DNA of 64,000 nucleotides from a virus (IMGVR_UViG_3300029305_001221:1-64000), one strand, 5' to 3'. Positions 28,561 through 40,972 are shown, numbered from the stretch's first letter. The notes: generated from the sequence alone by a model not told the origin. Made by a program: numbers and translations.

Positions 28561-29276
28561 AAGGTAAACATGTGACAACTGCTGAAAGGAACACTCAGGG
28601 CATTATCTGGATCGCTATCGTCACTCTTCTGCTGTCTACTTTATGTTTCAACCGTGTCGTTATCAACTTGGAAAGCGAACTCGCAGCCCTTCAGGAAAGT
28701 TACAACGAACTGGTAGAAGAAGTGGAAGCTTTAAAAACTGATATTTCTGAACCTATCGTCAAAACCGTTTATCTTGGCCCGAGCCCCGAAGCTGTTATGG
28801 AACCGGAAGTCATTGAGGTAATCGAAGAAGAGTCTGTCGAGTTTCCTGAATTAGATGAGTCGTATGACGAAGCGGCAATTTATCTGGCAAAGACCGTTTG
28901 GGGAGAGGCTAGAGGATGCTCCACTACTGAGCAGAGTGGGGTTATTTGGTGTATTCTGAATCGAGTCGACAGCGACCTGTCCTATATGCCGAACGACATC
29001 ATTAGCGTTATTACGCAGAAAGATGCGTTCCATGGATATAGTTCAAAACATCCAACAATCGATGACGAGGGTCAAGACCTGGTGGAGTTAAGCAAGGATG
29101 TCATTCAACGATGGCTTGCTGAAAAAGAAGGGATCGAAGACGTCGGACGTGTTTTGCCTGAGGAATATCTCTACTTCGCATCTGACGGCAAGGGTCATAA
29201 TCGATTCCGAAGCGAATACAAAGGTACTGATTACTGGGATTGGTCGTTAGAAAGTCCTTACGAGGAGGTAGGTTAA
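28557..29276 (+). CDS. Membrane-anchored SleB-like cell-wall hydrolase (Hydrolase_2)
   Basis: N-terminal TM, coiled coil, LAKTVWGEARG...ILNRV...VITQ...F. Confidence 0.8.
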   Translation: MKGKHVTTAERNTQGIIWIAIVTLLLSTLCFNRVVINLESELAALQESYNELVEEVEALKTDISEPIVKTVYLGPSPEAVMEPEVIEVIEEESVEFPELDESYDEAAIYLAKTVWGEARGCSTTEQSGVIWCILNRVDSDLSYMPNDIISVITQKDAFHGYSSKHPTIDDEGQDLVELSKDVIQRWLAEKEGIEDVGRVLPEEYLYFASDGKGHNRFRSEYKGTDYWDWSLESPYEEVG

Positions 29277-29492
29277 TATGATCGAGGCAGGTCAAAAAGT
29301 CAAATTCAAACCTTTCGAAGATATGGGTATGAGATTTCCGAGGATGTTCGATGAGGATACGAGCGGAATTGTCGTATATGTTCACAAAAAACATGGATGG
29401 TTTATGGTTGAGTACGGCAATTGTCATAATCGGATCAGCTTTAAGTTCAGCGATATCGGTAACAACGTACATATTGTAAATGACGAGGAGTA

Positions 29493-29819
29493 ATGCATAT
29501 TATGAACTTCCATGTTATAGCCGTCGATTTCGACGATACGCTTAGTCTCGACGCTAAATGGCCTGATTGCGGTAAGCCAAATGAACCGCTGATTCGACAT
29601 CTAATAAATCAGCAAAGACGTGGCAGCAAACTAATTCTCTGGACGTGCCGTTGCGGAGAAGATCTTGATGCTGCTATCGCTTGGTGCAAGGAGCATGGTC
29701 TTAATTTCGACGCCGTGAATGACAATATCCCGGAGGCTATTGAACTATTCAAGGATAATAGTCGGAAAGTATTTGCTCACGTCTATATCGATGATAAGAA
29801 CTCATACATGAGGTGGTAA
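29493..29819 (+). CDS. HAD-superfamily phosphatase
   Basis: IAVDFDDTL, ILWTCR, YIDDK. Confidence 0.8.
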   Translation: MHIMNFHVIAVDFDDTLSLDAKWPDCGKPNEPLIRHLINQQRRGSKLILWTCRCGEDLDAAIAWCKEHGLNFDAVNDNIPEAIELFKDNSRKVFAHVYIDDKNSYMRW

Positions 29820-29892
29820 AAACATTTTAAAATTTCTTTTTAAGGGCTGCTGTAGGAGGGCGGCCCTTTTATAATTTGAAAGGAGAAAAAAT

Positions 29893-31947
29893 ATGGAATT
29901 CATGAAGGTTAAGGAAAGACTGGCAGCCAACTTCGCAAACGTGCTGGGCGATAAGTATCTGCTCGAGGTTGAGTTGGATAAGGACGAGCTGTGGAACGTC
30001 TATCTCGATAGCTTCCCCGAGGGCACCAACCCTATCTATCGTACTCGTCGAGAATACGACTGTAGCTGCTGCCGACACTTCATCAAGAATATTGGCGGCA
30101 CCGTGTTTATCGATGAGAATCTTGAAGTTCACACTATCTTTGAGTTTGATACCGATAGCGCTGTGTTCCAGCCTGTAATGGATGCTCTAGATACTTTCGT
30201 CAAGAGCAAGCCCATTGCAGATCTGTATCTGAGCAATGATCGTACTGTTGGTACTGATAAGTCTCGCGAACTCAGCCCTGGTGGTTCCGTCATTGTATGG
30301 GATCATTTCTTCCTGAGACTGCCCGATCAGTGCATTACTCGTGGCGATTATCGAGACAGTATCGGCACTCTGAAGGGTCGTTTCCGCGATCGTCGAAATG
30401 TCTTCAAGCGGTCTCTGGATGAGATCAGCATGGATGCTATCGACACTGTCCTGGAACTGATCGCCTCTAACACTCTGTACAAGGGTGAAGAGTGGAAAAA
30501 TAACCTCAATATCCTCAAGGAACATAAGACCGCATATGAGAATCTTTCTGACGAAAAGAAAGAACTGTATACCTGGTATCACGCTACTACGATCGGCGAT
30601 GTCCTGGGTAAGATCCGCAACCATTCCATCGGCGTCCTGCTGACTGATATTTCTGAAGGCATGGAGCTGGATGCTGCGGTGAGACGTTATGAAAAGATCG
30701 TCGCCCCCTCTAACTACAAGCGCCCCAAAGCTATCTTCACTAAGCGTATGCTGGAGGATGCGAAGAAGACCATTACCGAACTTGGTTATATGGATTCTCT
30801 GCAGCGCAGATACGCCACTCTGGATGATATCACCGTAAATAATATTCTGTTCTCCAATCGCGATGCGGCTAAGCGTATTGCTGGCGATGTATTCGATGAC
30901 ATGATGGCCGACATCCCAGTAAAGCAGTTCTCCAAAATCGAAGAAGTCAGCGTAGATAAGTTCGTGTCTGATATTCTCCCCACTGCTAAGGAAATCGAAG
31001 TTCTGCTGGAAAATAAGCATGCTCAGAACATGGTTTCTCTGATTGCTCCCGTTAATAAAGACGCTAAGACCATGTTCAAGTGGGACAACGGTTTCAGCTG
31101 GGCATATTCCGGTAACATCACCGATAGCGACATGCGTGAACGTGTTAAGAATGCCGGTGGTAACGTCGATGGCGTCCTGCGTTTCAGCATTCAGTGGAAT
31201 GACATCGAAGGCGCAGTGCATGACGGAAATGACCTGGATGCGCACTGTATTACTCCCTGTGGTCGGGCTGACCATATTTTCTTTGGTCATAAGCATTCCA
31301 TTAGTACCGGCGGTTTCCTGGACGTCGATATCATTAATCCTATTCCTGGCAAGCCTGCGGTTGAGAATATCGCATGGTCTACTAAGAACCACATGATTCC
31401 CGGAGAATATGCGTTCTTCGTGAATTGTTATAGCAATCGAGGTGGACGAAACGGTTTCCGAGCCGAGATTGAGTTCGACGGCAAGATTTATAGCTATGAC
31501 TATAAGAATACTCTGCGCACTGGAGAAAACGTTGTCGTCGCAACCGTCATTCTGGATAAGAACGGCAACTTCGCCATTAAGGAAAAGCTGAAGTCTACTC
31601 AGGCTTCTCGTGAGGTCTGGGGTCTGAAGACTAATACCTTCATTCCTGCTACGGTTGTTATGTATTCGCCTAACTACTGGGATGATCAGCAGGGTATCGG
31701 TCATAGACATTATTTCTTCATGCTCAAGGACTGTGTAAACCCCGAGAATCCCAATTCCTTCTACAACGAGTTCCTGAAGCATGACCTGGAGAAGCATAAG
31801 CGAGTATTCGAAGCTCTGGGTAGCAAGCTGGCTGTTAAATCTGCTGATGATCAGCTCTCTGGTCTCGGCTTCAGCGCAACCAAGCGTAACGATCTGACCG
31901 TCAAGGTAAAGGGCGCTACTGAACGCGTCATTAAGATTAAGTTCTAA
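29893..31947 (+). CDS. 684-aa conserved phage protein of unknown function
   Basis: N-terminal YDCSCCRHF; C-terminal FSIQWN...DLDAHC beta-rich domain. Confidence 0.75.
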   Translation: MEFMKVKERLAANFANVLGDKYLLEVELDKDELWNVYLDSFPEGTNPIYRTRREYDCSCCRHFIKNIGGTVFIDENLEVHTIFEFDTDSAVFQPVMDALDTFVKSKPIADLYLSNDRTVGTDKSRELSPGGSVIVWDHFFLRLPDQCITRGDYRDSIGTLKGRFRDRRNVFKRSLDEISMDAIDTVLELIASNTLYKGEEWKNNLNILKEHKTAYENLSDEKKELYTWYHATTIGDVLGKIRNHSIGVLLTDISEGMELDAAVRRYEKIVAPSNYKRPKAIFTKRMLEDAKKTITELGYMDSLQRRYATLDDITVNNILFSNRDAAKRIAGDVFDDMMADIPVKQFSKIEEVSVDKFVSDILPTAKEIEVLLENKHAQNMVSLIAPVNKDAKTMFKWDNGFSWAYSGNITDSDMRERVKNAGGNVDGVLRFSIQWNDIEGAVHDGNDLDAHCITPCGRADHIFFGHKHSISTGGFLDVDIINPIPGKPAVENIAWSTKNHMIPGEYAFFVNCYSNRGGRNGFRAEIEFDGKIYSYDYKNTLRTGENVVVATVILDKNGNFAIKEKLKSTQASREVWGLKTNTFIPATVVMYSPNYWDDQQGIGHRHYFFMLKDCVNPENPNSFYNEFLKHDLEKHKRVFEALGSKLAVKSADDQLSGLGFSATKRNDLTVKVKGATERVIKIKF

Positions 31948-32008
31948 AAATCCTCATTAGCATTCGGACTATTCTCATCATTATTCAAATAGAAAAGGAG
32001 AAAAAACT

Positions 32009-32401
32009 ATGAACATTCGTGTTGAAAACATTTTTGAGATGGCTACCCGCAATAAGTATCGTTTCCCCTACAAGGGCATGATCTCCGTGGAAGACCTGTG
32101 GGATCTGAACCAGACTCAGCTGGACAGCATCTACAAGGCTCTGAATAAGGAAGTTAAGGCAAACCAGGAAGATTCTCTGATGTTCTCTCAGACTCAGACC
32201 GATCTGGATCTGCAGGCTAAGATCGACATCGTGAGACATATTTACACTACTAAGGAGCAGGATGCTGCACGCCGTTCCGCTGCTGCTGAGAACGCTGAGA
32301 AGAAGCGTCGCATTCTGGAGATCCTGGAACAGAAGCAGGAAGACTCTCTGAAGAATAAGTCCGAGGACGAGCTCCTCAAGATGCTGAACGAAATCGGCTA
32401 A
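32009..32401 (+). CDS. Helical protein following the 684-aa gene
   Basis: AAAAGGAG RBS; coiled-coil C-terminus. Confidence 0.75.
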   Translation: MNIRVENIFEMATRNKYRFPYKGMISVEDLWDLNQTQLDSIYKALNKEVKANQEDSLMFSQTQTDLDLQAKIDIVRHIYTTKEQDAARRSAAAENAEKKRRILEILEQKQEDSLKNKSEDELLKMLNEIG

Positions 32402-33200
32402 GAAAAAAAAAAGACCGGCACCGCAGCGGTATATCTGCGGCCCATTTGAAAGGAGAAGGGTATGACTGATATTTACAAACGTCTCGGTTTTAAACAACCA
32501 GCCTTTTTAGAAAATCATGTTGGAATTCGAATCTATATCGGTTCCATTGGTAAAGATGACTGGACGGTCGTAATCCCTAAGGAAATTGCTCAGAAAAAAT
32601 GTCCGAATTACACTTTGCAGTCCGATTATGTGAACTATCTGGTTACGGAATCTGAAGCGCTTAGAATTGCCGAGGAATTCACCACGTTGGCTGAAAGGAG
32701 AAAAGACTATCGAGCGCCTACTTCTTCTAAGCCTAAGAGCGAACGGTTGATCCTAGAGCCTGATAAATATGCAGATGCTGACTGGGAAACTATCGTGAAT
32801 GCTTTCGGTATGGCACATGCTGAGCAAATCATTATCGAAGACTGCACGATATATTATTGAAAAGGAGACCAGTATGAACGACCCTAAGGAAATGTTGAAT
32901 AACATGTTCGAAGCTTATAGACATCGACAGGATTATAAAGACGATTCGATGGTGGAGATCATGTGCAAACGTGAAAAATTCGAACAGAATCTCGATGATA
33001 TTTGGCATAATATCAGTTTCAATGCTAAACAGATCGTGGAGTATAAAAAGGCCGTAAAGCAGATCAAAGAAGCCGGTCTGGTTGTGATGCGTAACAGCGT
33101 TGGTAAACACAAGATTGTTTATAAGAAGTAAGAGGAGTAACTTATGATTTTGTTTTCACAAAGACGCAAGCTCGAAATCCTAATCGAAAAGGAGTAAAGC

Positions 33201-34172
33201 ATGTTATACAACAATAGAACATGGAATAAGGTACTGGAGAAAACTATGAACACTGGTAAGTGGAAAGTTATCGAAGCAACTATCGAACAAGAACTTTACG
33301 GAACAGATGAGCTTCAAGTTCGTATCGTGAAAGACGGCATGTATCCTTATTGCAGTTTTGATGATATCAAGAAAGATGTTGAAGCTAAACTGAATCCTCC
33401 TGAAGAGTTTTGGCCTAAAGAAAACCCTCATATTTATATTTCCTCGGCTCGTGCCTGTGGGAAATCTATGTCTCAGTTAGAAATCTATAAGGAGTTGTTT
33501 AATAGTATGTATGGTTCTAGAAAAGCAATTTACAAACCCTATATCGATCCTATGGAAATCAAAGACGTCATCTTCAACGACCCTGCGACTATTGTCTTCT
33601 GGGCTGACGGTACTAAGACTGTCGTGAAATGCCAGGAAGGCGACGAGTTCGATCCCGAGAAGGGTCTGACTATGGCTATCGCTAAGAAGGTCTATGGCAA
33701 CAAGGGCTCCTACTGCAACGCGATCAAGAAGTGGACTGAGCCTTATCATGAGAAGCAGCAAGAAAAGAACGATCTGGTAGCAAAAATCTGCGATCTCGGT
33801 AAGAAGGCAAGTGCAGCATTGGCGGCGTTGACTATTGCTGAAACGGCGATCGTTAACGCAAAGAAGCGTGAAGAAAAGCATTATACCCTGGTTACAGATA
33901 ATACTTTTAACTACGACGAAGTCATTTTCGATACTAGAGGGGACGCCGAAAAGTGTCTTGATATCCTCAAAGATCTCATCGAAACGTATGGTTGTGCGAC
34001 AGTTGCAGATATGTATGAAGCTTCGGGTATCGAAGATGTTGTGCACTATATGATGAATAGGTACGGCTGGACTAGTCTTAAAGACTCCAAAATTTATCGG
34101 TCTCGTCATGGTTATATTATCGATCTTCCTAAAGCAACGCTGATCGGTTCCGAAGAGAGTGATTCTAAGTGA
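33201..34172 (+). CDS. Chimeric protein: VIFNDPATIV domain plus the C-domain of 14039
   Basis: Two internal paralogous segments seen by eye. Confidence 0.75.
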   Translation: MLYNNRTWNKVLEKTMNTGKWKVIEATIEQELYGTDELQVRIVKDGMYPYCSFDDIKKDVEAKLNPPEEFWPKENPHIYISSARACGKSMSQLEIYKELFNSMYGSRKAIYKPYIDPMEIKDVIFNDPATIVFWADGTKTVVKCQEGDEFDPEKGLTMAIAKKVYGNKGSYCNAIKKWTEPYHEKQQEKNDLVAKICDLGKKASAALAALTIAETAIVNAKKREEKHYTLVTDNTFNYDEVIFDTRGDAEKCLDILKDLIETYGCATVADMYEASGIEDVVHYMMNRYGWTSLKDSKIYRSRHGYIIDLPKATLIGSEESDSK

Positions 34173-37100
34173 AAAATGCAGAATACTTCGAGAAAATGTT
34201 GACTGAACTAACAGAGACCCTGACCGATGATCATTTCATTGACGACGAAGGTAATTTGATGTTCTGCGAGAGATCAGAAGGTAGCGCTAGGATCGATTTC
34301 GATAATCCTCGAAAAGAAGTCAGTACTCTTACCGTGGATTTGGATAGCGTGGACATTGCTCTCGAGATGGAGATGTTGGACGAGTATTATGCGAAGCATG
34401 ATCCCTACCATGACTACAAAGCCGGTAGGGTATTACAGATGATGAAAGAGAAAGGATTTATGTCATGAGCTGTAAAACTTGCGGTAATGCAATATTCGAT
34501 GCGCTTTGGGGTGACTGGAAGTGCTCGGTACATAAGAGACTATGTCGTAAGACGGAGCTAGATGAAGGCTGCGATAAGTATAAAAATGGAAAACCTAAGG
34601 AGTCTGCTTCGAATGCGGAATATAGGCGGAGTCACGAAGAGGAGACGAAATAATGAGCGGCTATATGTCTAAGAAAAATGCATATAAGAACGAAGCACTT
34701 ACCGCGGCTATGGAACTTAATTACGGTAAGGACGTTCTCGATGCAATTCAAGCAGCCAAGACTGATGCTGAAATTACTCGGATTTTGTCGACTGCTAGAA
34801 ATGGTGGGTATAAGAAGGAGAAGTAAAGATGGATCTTAATCTCAACAAATGTTTGGAATGTAAGTATATCTTCTTTTCCTGGTGCGCTAAACGTGGAAAT
34901 ATCGCTGATCATGATATTTGTAAGGATTGCGATATGAGTACGGGCGATGGTTGCCACTGTCTTACCGTTGATAATTCTGATGAATGCGAACGTTTTATAC
35001 CTAAGGAGGAATCTGATGAGAATTAAAAGAGATGAACCCGTTGACGTGACCGTTCATTATGAATATGAATGTTCCGTCTGTCATGCATGTGTTACTGAAA
35101 CTGAGAATTACTGTGCTGTGTGTGGAACTCAATTGGATGAGACTCTGATTGCGGTTGCTGTCGCGACGGTTAAGGAGAATTCTGATGAGTCGCATAAAAG
35201 AGGTGATTAATATGGCATATGCGAATAGGGGTCTGTCTTGCCCTAAGTGTGAGCACAAGACGTTTATTTCAGACAGTGTTGCAGATAAGGAAAACAATGA
35301 AATCTATAGAGAGCGGACTTGCACTAATCCTAAGTGCTGTAATGTCTTCTTTACTAGTGAATTTATTGTTGAGGACAATGCAGTATTCCGCGAGTTGTGG
35401 CACGAAATGAAACGCCAATATAATCGGAATCAGAAAAAAGAAAGGGAGAAACGAGATGCCGATCAAGACCGACGAACTCTGTAAGCAGTGTAAGTATAGC
35501 ACCAAACACGATTGTTACGTAAACAAAGGATGTTACGGATGCAATATGAAAGACCGCAAAACAGGTCGTTGCATCTGTCTTACCATCAAAGAAGGCGCGA
35601 ACTGCAATCGATTTATCCCTTATGACCAGAATATGAAAGGAGAAAAAGAAATGAAGAATAACTTATTCGTTGACAATTGCGGCGATACTCTGGATTTGAG
35701 TAAAATGGCCTCGGCTATCGGAACCTTTGATCCGTATAAAATTTCTTATGATCCGTCCCTCACTTCCATTCATATCGGAGCTGGTCCTGCTAGTGAACCC
35801 AAAAAGCCTGAGGAATGGATCTGGGTTGTCGGCTATAAGGGGACCAATAGCGATATGTCTTGTCGAGATGTCAAGTATGAGATCGGTAAGCAGTTCGATA
35901 TGCCTGAAGACTCTGAAATCGAAGCGTGTCGCAACGGCTATCATCTGTGTATGAACCTGCGCGATGTGTTCGGATATTATGAGATCGGCAAAGGTCATCG
36001 ATTCTTTGAGGTTAAGGCTCTGGTTCGAAAGAGCGATATTGCTAATTATCCCGCATACACTCAGAGACCGTATACCGGCAACAGTAATATGAGTTTGTGG
36101 AGTGTAGATTCTCGAAAGCTCGCAGCCAAGTCTATCGAATTTGTCAGAGAATGCACTCTCGACGAGATCTTCAAGGACACTATTGCTGCCGACTGGGATG
36201 AGAAGTATAAGAAGATGGCTCTGACTAGCGGTATCGGTGAGACCGAGAGTATGATTCAGGTTGAGGAGCTGACTCAGTATGGATATTCTCTGCCGTTTGC
36301 CGATTATATCATTCAACAGGGTCGTTATGAGCAGGCCAAAGCCGTCGGTTCTCAGTCTGATCTGAGCATGGATATGAAGGCTCTGTGGATTTTAAAAATG
36401 TGAGGTGTGATGTATGGAAATCGTATTCATCTGTGACAGCATAAAACAGCGTCAACAGGTATTTAGAATGTTTCAAGAGGTTTATCAGGACGAGCTTCGA
36501 CATGTTAATTTCCGCGACTATTCGTTCGAGTATAAAGGATTGTTTACAAAGTTCGTCACCCCGTATAACGAGGAACAGTATCTTCGTGGACGTAGAGATG
36601 TCACACTGGCTTATCCCGAACACGTCCTGCCGTTGCTGAAGAAGCTGTTGAAGGAAAAGGAGAAAACAAAATGAAGCTTATTGACGCCCCTGTCGGATTG
36701 TTTATGTACGGTCGAACGATGTGTTTAAAAACCGAATATATCGTCGAATGGGGCGTTGAAGCTTATATTGTGTCGACCGGCGAAGCCTTTTGGGGCGGTG
36801 TGAAAACTGCAGAAGAACGTAACAATTTAGAGGTTACACCCATCAAAGTAAAACCCGTTCGACATGGCCGGTGGAAAAGCATAGGTCTCGCGACACTGAG
36901 ATGTAGCAGGTGCCGATACGAAGACTTTAATAAAATGTATCACAAATATTGTCCCGGCTGTGGGGCTAAAATGGACGGTTGAAAGGAGAGTAAAAATGAG
37001 CAAGTACACTGAAATGAAGGAGTTCTATGAAGTAGAAATAAAAGACCTGAGAAAAGCAGTCGATTATTGGTGTTCGAGAGCTTCCGAACTCGGTTGTGAA

Positions 37101-37298
37101 AAACGTATGCTCGATGGTAAAGTCGAAATCTATGAAAAGGTCTTTAGCAAAATTATGGATGGTCCGAATAAACACACCGACGCTGTTGTTATATTCGAAG
37201 GAAAGACCTATAGTATTACTGGCTTCAATCTGAACCATACCGAGGGTGAGGCTGACACCTTGACCGTCGAGTGTACCAGAGTAAACCTTCCCGGTTGA
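34169..37298 (+). other. Run of small, mostly Cys-rich hypothetical genes, including 35456-36403 (Cys module fused to a GYKG...ACRNGYHLC domain) and 36671-36982 (PVRHGRW Zn ribbon)
   Basis: Contiguous + strand ORFs with RBSs. Confidence 0.6.
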
Positions 37299-37319
37299 TA
37301 TTTTGAAAGGAGAAGTAAA

Positions 37320-37901
37320 ATGAACTTTAACGACATTGTTAGTAACGTCCACGTATACGGTCTCGAAAATGCTATTCGAGGTAGCAAGTTTCCCATGGCT
37401 ACTGATATTAGCAAACTCACCGATACTCCCACTACGCGTACCGTTAGCCTTGCTCAGTGTGAGCGGGGTAGTGGTCACGATCAGTTTCTCACCGGTATTA
37501 TCGTTCAGTTCGATCTGACACTCACTGTTAAGGCTTGGACCGAAGCTGAGCGTTACCATTTCCTCGATTTTATTTCCAGCCAATCTACCATGCACCGTAT
37601 TGCTAAATTTGACCTCGATAAGCAGTACATCACCTATACGGATCCCCGTATTATCGAAATCATGAACGAGCTTAAAGATCGTTATAATGAGAGTCAGGAT
37701 CCTGAGGACTATCTCCGTTTGTTATATTCCAATCCTTGTGGATTCAAACTCACTGCCGCAATGACTACTAATTATCGTCAGCTCAAGACTATCTATGCTC
37801 AGCGTAAGACGCACCGACTTCCGGAATGGAGAGCTCTGGCGGCATGGATCGAAACGCTCCCCGAAAGCTGGATGATTACTGGTGCTCCTCATAACGTGTG
37901 A
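37320..37901 (+). CDS. Divergent ThyX-like (FAD-dependent thymidylate synthase fold) protein
   Basis: GHDQFL, ERYHF...SSQS and HRLPEW align loosely with ThyX motifs; the canonical RHR motif is absent. Confidence 0.55.
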   Translation: MNFNDIVSNVHVYGLENAIRGSKFPMATDISKLTDTPTTRTVSLAQCERGSGHDQFLTGIIVQFDLTLTVKAWTEAERYHFLDFISSQSTMHRIAKFDLDKQYITYTDPRIIEIMNELKDRYNESQDPEDYLRLLYSNPCGFKLTAAMTTNYRQLKTIYAQRKTHRLPEWRALAAWIETLPESWMITGAPHNV

Positions 37902-37915
37902 AAGGAGAAAAAAAC

Positions 37916-39805
37916 ATGAACAACACTAATTACTACGACTTCATGACCGTGAAGGATCTCAAGGATATTCTCACTGATCTCCCTGACGAGATGCTGGTTG
38001 TTATTCCTGTCGTTGATGTAGACGATGTGAATGATATTTTGGCTTTCCGAAAAGTAAGAACCGCTGGCATCCTGCGATGCGAATTCGAGCGAGAAAACGA
38101 AGTATTTTGTCTCACTGGTGCTTCTAATGGCTACGATATCGCCGACCAGGTTGACTCCAGCGGAAAGGAGATCAGTGCGGTGAAAGTTCTGTATGGAAAG
38201 CATGAAAATGATGAGGTGAAGAAGGATGAGGCATAAAACCACATATGATATCGTGGCATACGATAAAGATGCAGATGTATATGTGCGTATAGCAACTATT
38301 TACTACTCTCTGTCGTTAGCCATTGCATGCGCAGATCGAGCATCTGAATTACGTCTAAAACGATCTAATGGAGAGCCGTTCGATTGGATTGAGGTTATAA
38401 CTCCGCACGCCAATGTTATGCATTATCAGGTGCCTTGTAAGTAACCGGCTTTATATTTGAAAGGAGCTGAACTGACAATGCGACCAATTGATGCTGATGC
38501 GCTGTTACACAAATTAGTGAATACTGACCCGAACACAAAGGGGAAGTTTGGCGATGGCATAGCGAAAGCATTATGCTTTATTATTAACGCTCCTGCCATC
38601 GAAGCTGAACCTGTGAGACATGGTCGGTGGGATAGAGGACAGTGTACTAATTGCAAGGTCATAAACCCCGCCTACAACAAAGATTGGAGCGGAGACTATA
38701 TATTCAAAGAAACGCCGTATTGCCCAAACTGCGGAGCGAAGATGGATAAGGAGGGGTGATATGTACGGAGAATATTGTAACACTTGTGCTTGTGTTAATG
38801 TTTGTAAAGATAAAGCAGCCCACATTCGTAATTGTCCCGACCGCATTGAACCTGTGCGGCATGGTCGGTGGATTATCGAAAAGAGACATTCCGTTTCAAA
38901 AAATCCTTATATGGACGATAACTACTTTGCCAGCGCAACTTGTTCTGAATGTGGTTTTTGTATCCATGCTGAAATCAAAAGCTTTGGCTATCCAGAGTTG
39001 AATGTAACAAACTACTGCCCCCATTGTGGAGCGAAGATGAATTTTTGAAAGGAGAATAATATGGATTGCGTAGGCTATGTTTTTTTCGGAATTGCCATTG
39101 GATGTTTTATCTGTTTGATTATTAACTTGTGCGGAGATAGATAGGGAAAGAGGAGAAAATTATGCTTGAACTGAAAAACTGGAATGAGGTAACAACAGGC
39201 CTTTATCGTTACGTGATTGCAGCGAAAGTATGCTATGAAATTCATGTTTTTCACCATGACGAAGGTACTGATATTTTAAATGCAGAAGCAAGTCTTTTTC
39301 TTGTCGGACTGTGGCGAGGCGAACGCGGTGGGTACTTCGAGCGGGAATGCTTGCTTGAGGGACTGCCTGTTTTCGAGTGCTTGAAAATGGCGCAGAAAGA
39401 TAATGAGGAAAACAATGCCTAGTGATATTTTAGCCCCTATCGCTTTTATGGTTTTCTTTATTGTTTTTGTTGCTTGGTCTTGCAAAGAGAACACCTAATG
39501 GATATTTGAAAGGAGAAAAAATGAAAGTCGTCTATGATCCTGGCGAGAAGGAACGATTGGAAAAAATCCATAGCCAATATGGAAAATTCGTATTCGGAGA
39601 TGAGTCGGAAGGAAAGATGTATGGTTTGACTTTCAAGGTTACCAATCCTGCGATTGCAGAATACGTCCTTACCGGTTTGCTTCATAATCATCTGAAGGAT
39701 TTCGATATCGGCATCGATGTGCAGTCTATCGAATTTAACACTATCACGATGAACAGAAGCGAGCTTAAGAGAGAACTTATGGAGTATATCGATAAACTTC
39801 TGTGA
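37916..39805 (+). other. Small hypothetical genes, including two more PVRHGRW Zn-ribbon proteins (38478-38759, 38761-39048)
   Basis: ORF track plus RBSs. Confidence 0.6.
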
Positions 39806-39824
39806 TATTTGAAAGGAGTAAAAA

Positions 39825-40388
39825 ATGAAAAAGTTTGTAATCGTCATGCTGGCCGCTGTTATGCTGCTGGTTGTTTGCGCTGGATGCGAGTTCGAAGAAA
39901 CTGCTTTCCAGGAAGATGTAAAGACCACGATCGAGAATGCTAATAAGCTGCTTGATAATCAGCCTACCCCGTCTGATATCGATTATTCGTTGGAACGCTA
40001 TAACCTGATTCGTCGAGCATATTGGGTTAACGGTCATCGAGAAAAGGCTATGTCCGTTACCTGCCCTCTGGATAAGCCTCTCGGTTATATTGTTCTGTTT
40101 ACAGACAATGGTGCCGTTGTTAACAAGTTCATCGTCGATGGTAAGGTATCCAGTCTGAACAGCTACCTGACTCCCGACTCCATGTATTACGAAGTCGCTG
40201 GCGATTATGTGGCAAATAGTAACACCGAAAACGAATGGCTGGCTGATGTTGATGGTTCTTACGGTGCGAACGATAACGGTATTTTCTTCTTCACTCCCGA
40301 TGGTAAGTATGTCGAATGGACCGGCACTTATCTGTACTCCGATATTCCGTTCGAAATCGATGATCCTGTTGTAAAGATTGGAGGCTAA
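39825..40388 (+). CDS. Lipoprotein
   Basis: Signal peptide with lipobox VCAG-C. Confidence 0.7.
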   Translation: MKKFVIVMLAAVMLLVVCAGCEFEETAFQEDVKTTIENANKLLDNQPTPSDIDYSLERYNLIRRAYWVNGHREKAMSVTCPLDKPLGYIVLFTDNGAVVNKFIVDGKVSSLNSYLTPDSMYYEVAGDYVANSNTENEWLADVDGSYGANDNGIFFFTPDGKYVEWTGTYLYSDIPFEIDDPVVKIGG

Positions 40389-40389
40389 C

Positions 40390-40764
40390 ATGAAAGTTGT
40401 TGCTTGGATTCTGGTTCTTGTTCTGGTGGTCGGTGGCTGTACCGCTTTCGGCTTTGTCAGTCATTATATCGACAATAAAGTCGAGTATGCTCATAACAAG
40501 ATCGATGAGGCTACCAGCTATGAGCTGAAAAAAGAAGTGGAAGATACTTGTCGCGCTATGATCTCTTCTTATGAAGCTGATCGTATGACTTATATTCAGT
40601 ATAAGGATAGTACGAATTCTGAACAGAAGTCCTGGGCTGATCAGGCTAAGATGCGCGCTAATCGCACTGCTTCCAATTACAACAATTATATTCTGAAGAA
40701 CTCTTATGTCTGGAAGGGTAATGTTCCTTCGGACATTCGAGAGACTTTGGATATTGTGGATTAA
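40390..40764 (+). CDS. Membrane-anchored protein paired with the lipoprotein
   Basis: N-terminal TM; directly follows the lipoprotein stop. Confidence 0.7.
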   Translation: MKVVAWILVLVLVVGGCTAFGFVSHYIDNKVEYAHNKIDEATSYELKKEVEDTCRAMISSYEADRMTYIQYKDSTNSEQKSWADQAKMRANRTASNYNNYILKNSYVWKGNVPSDIRETLDIVD

Positions 40765-40972
40765 GGAGGTATACTATGACTTTCGGCATTTGTCAGATTA
40801 TCTTCACCGGCTTGCTGTTCCTGTCTCTCGGAATGCACCTGGCTATGGACGGAAAACCCAAGACTGGTAACTATAGCTTCTGGACTGCGTTGGTAAGTTG
40901 CGTTATTCAGTTCGTGCTGCTTTATTTCGGCGGCTTTTACGGTTAATTGTACATATTTGAAAGGAGAAAATC

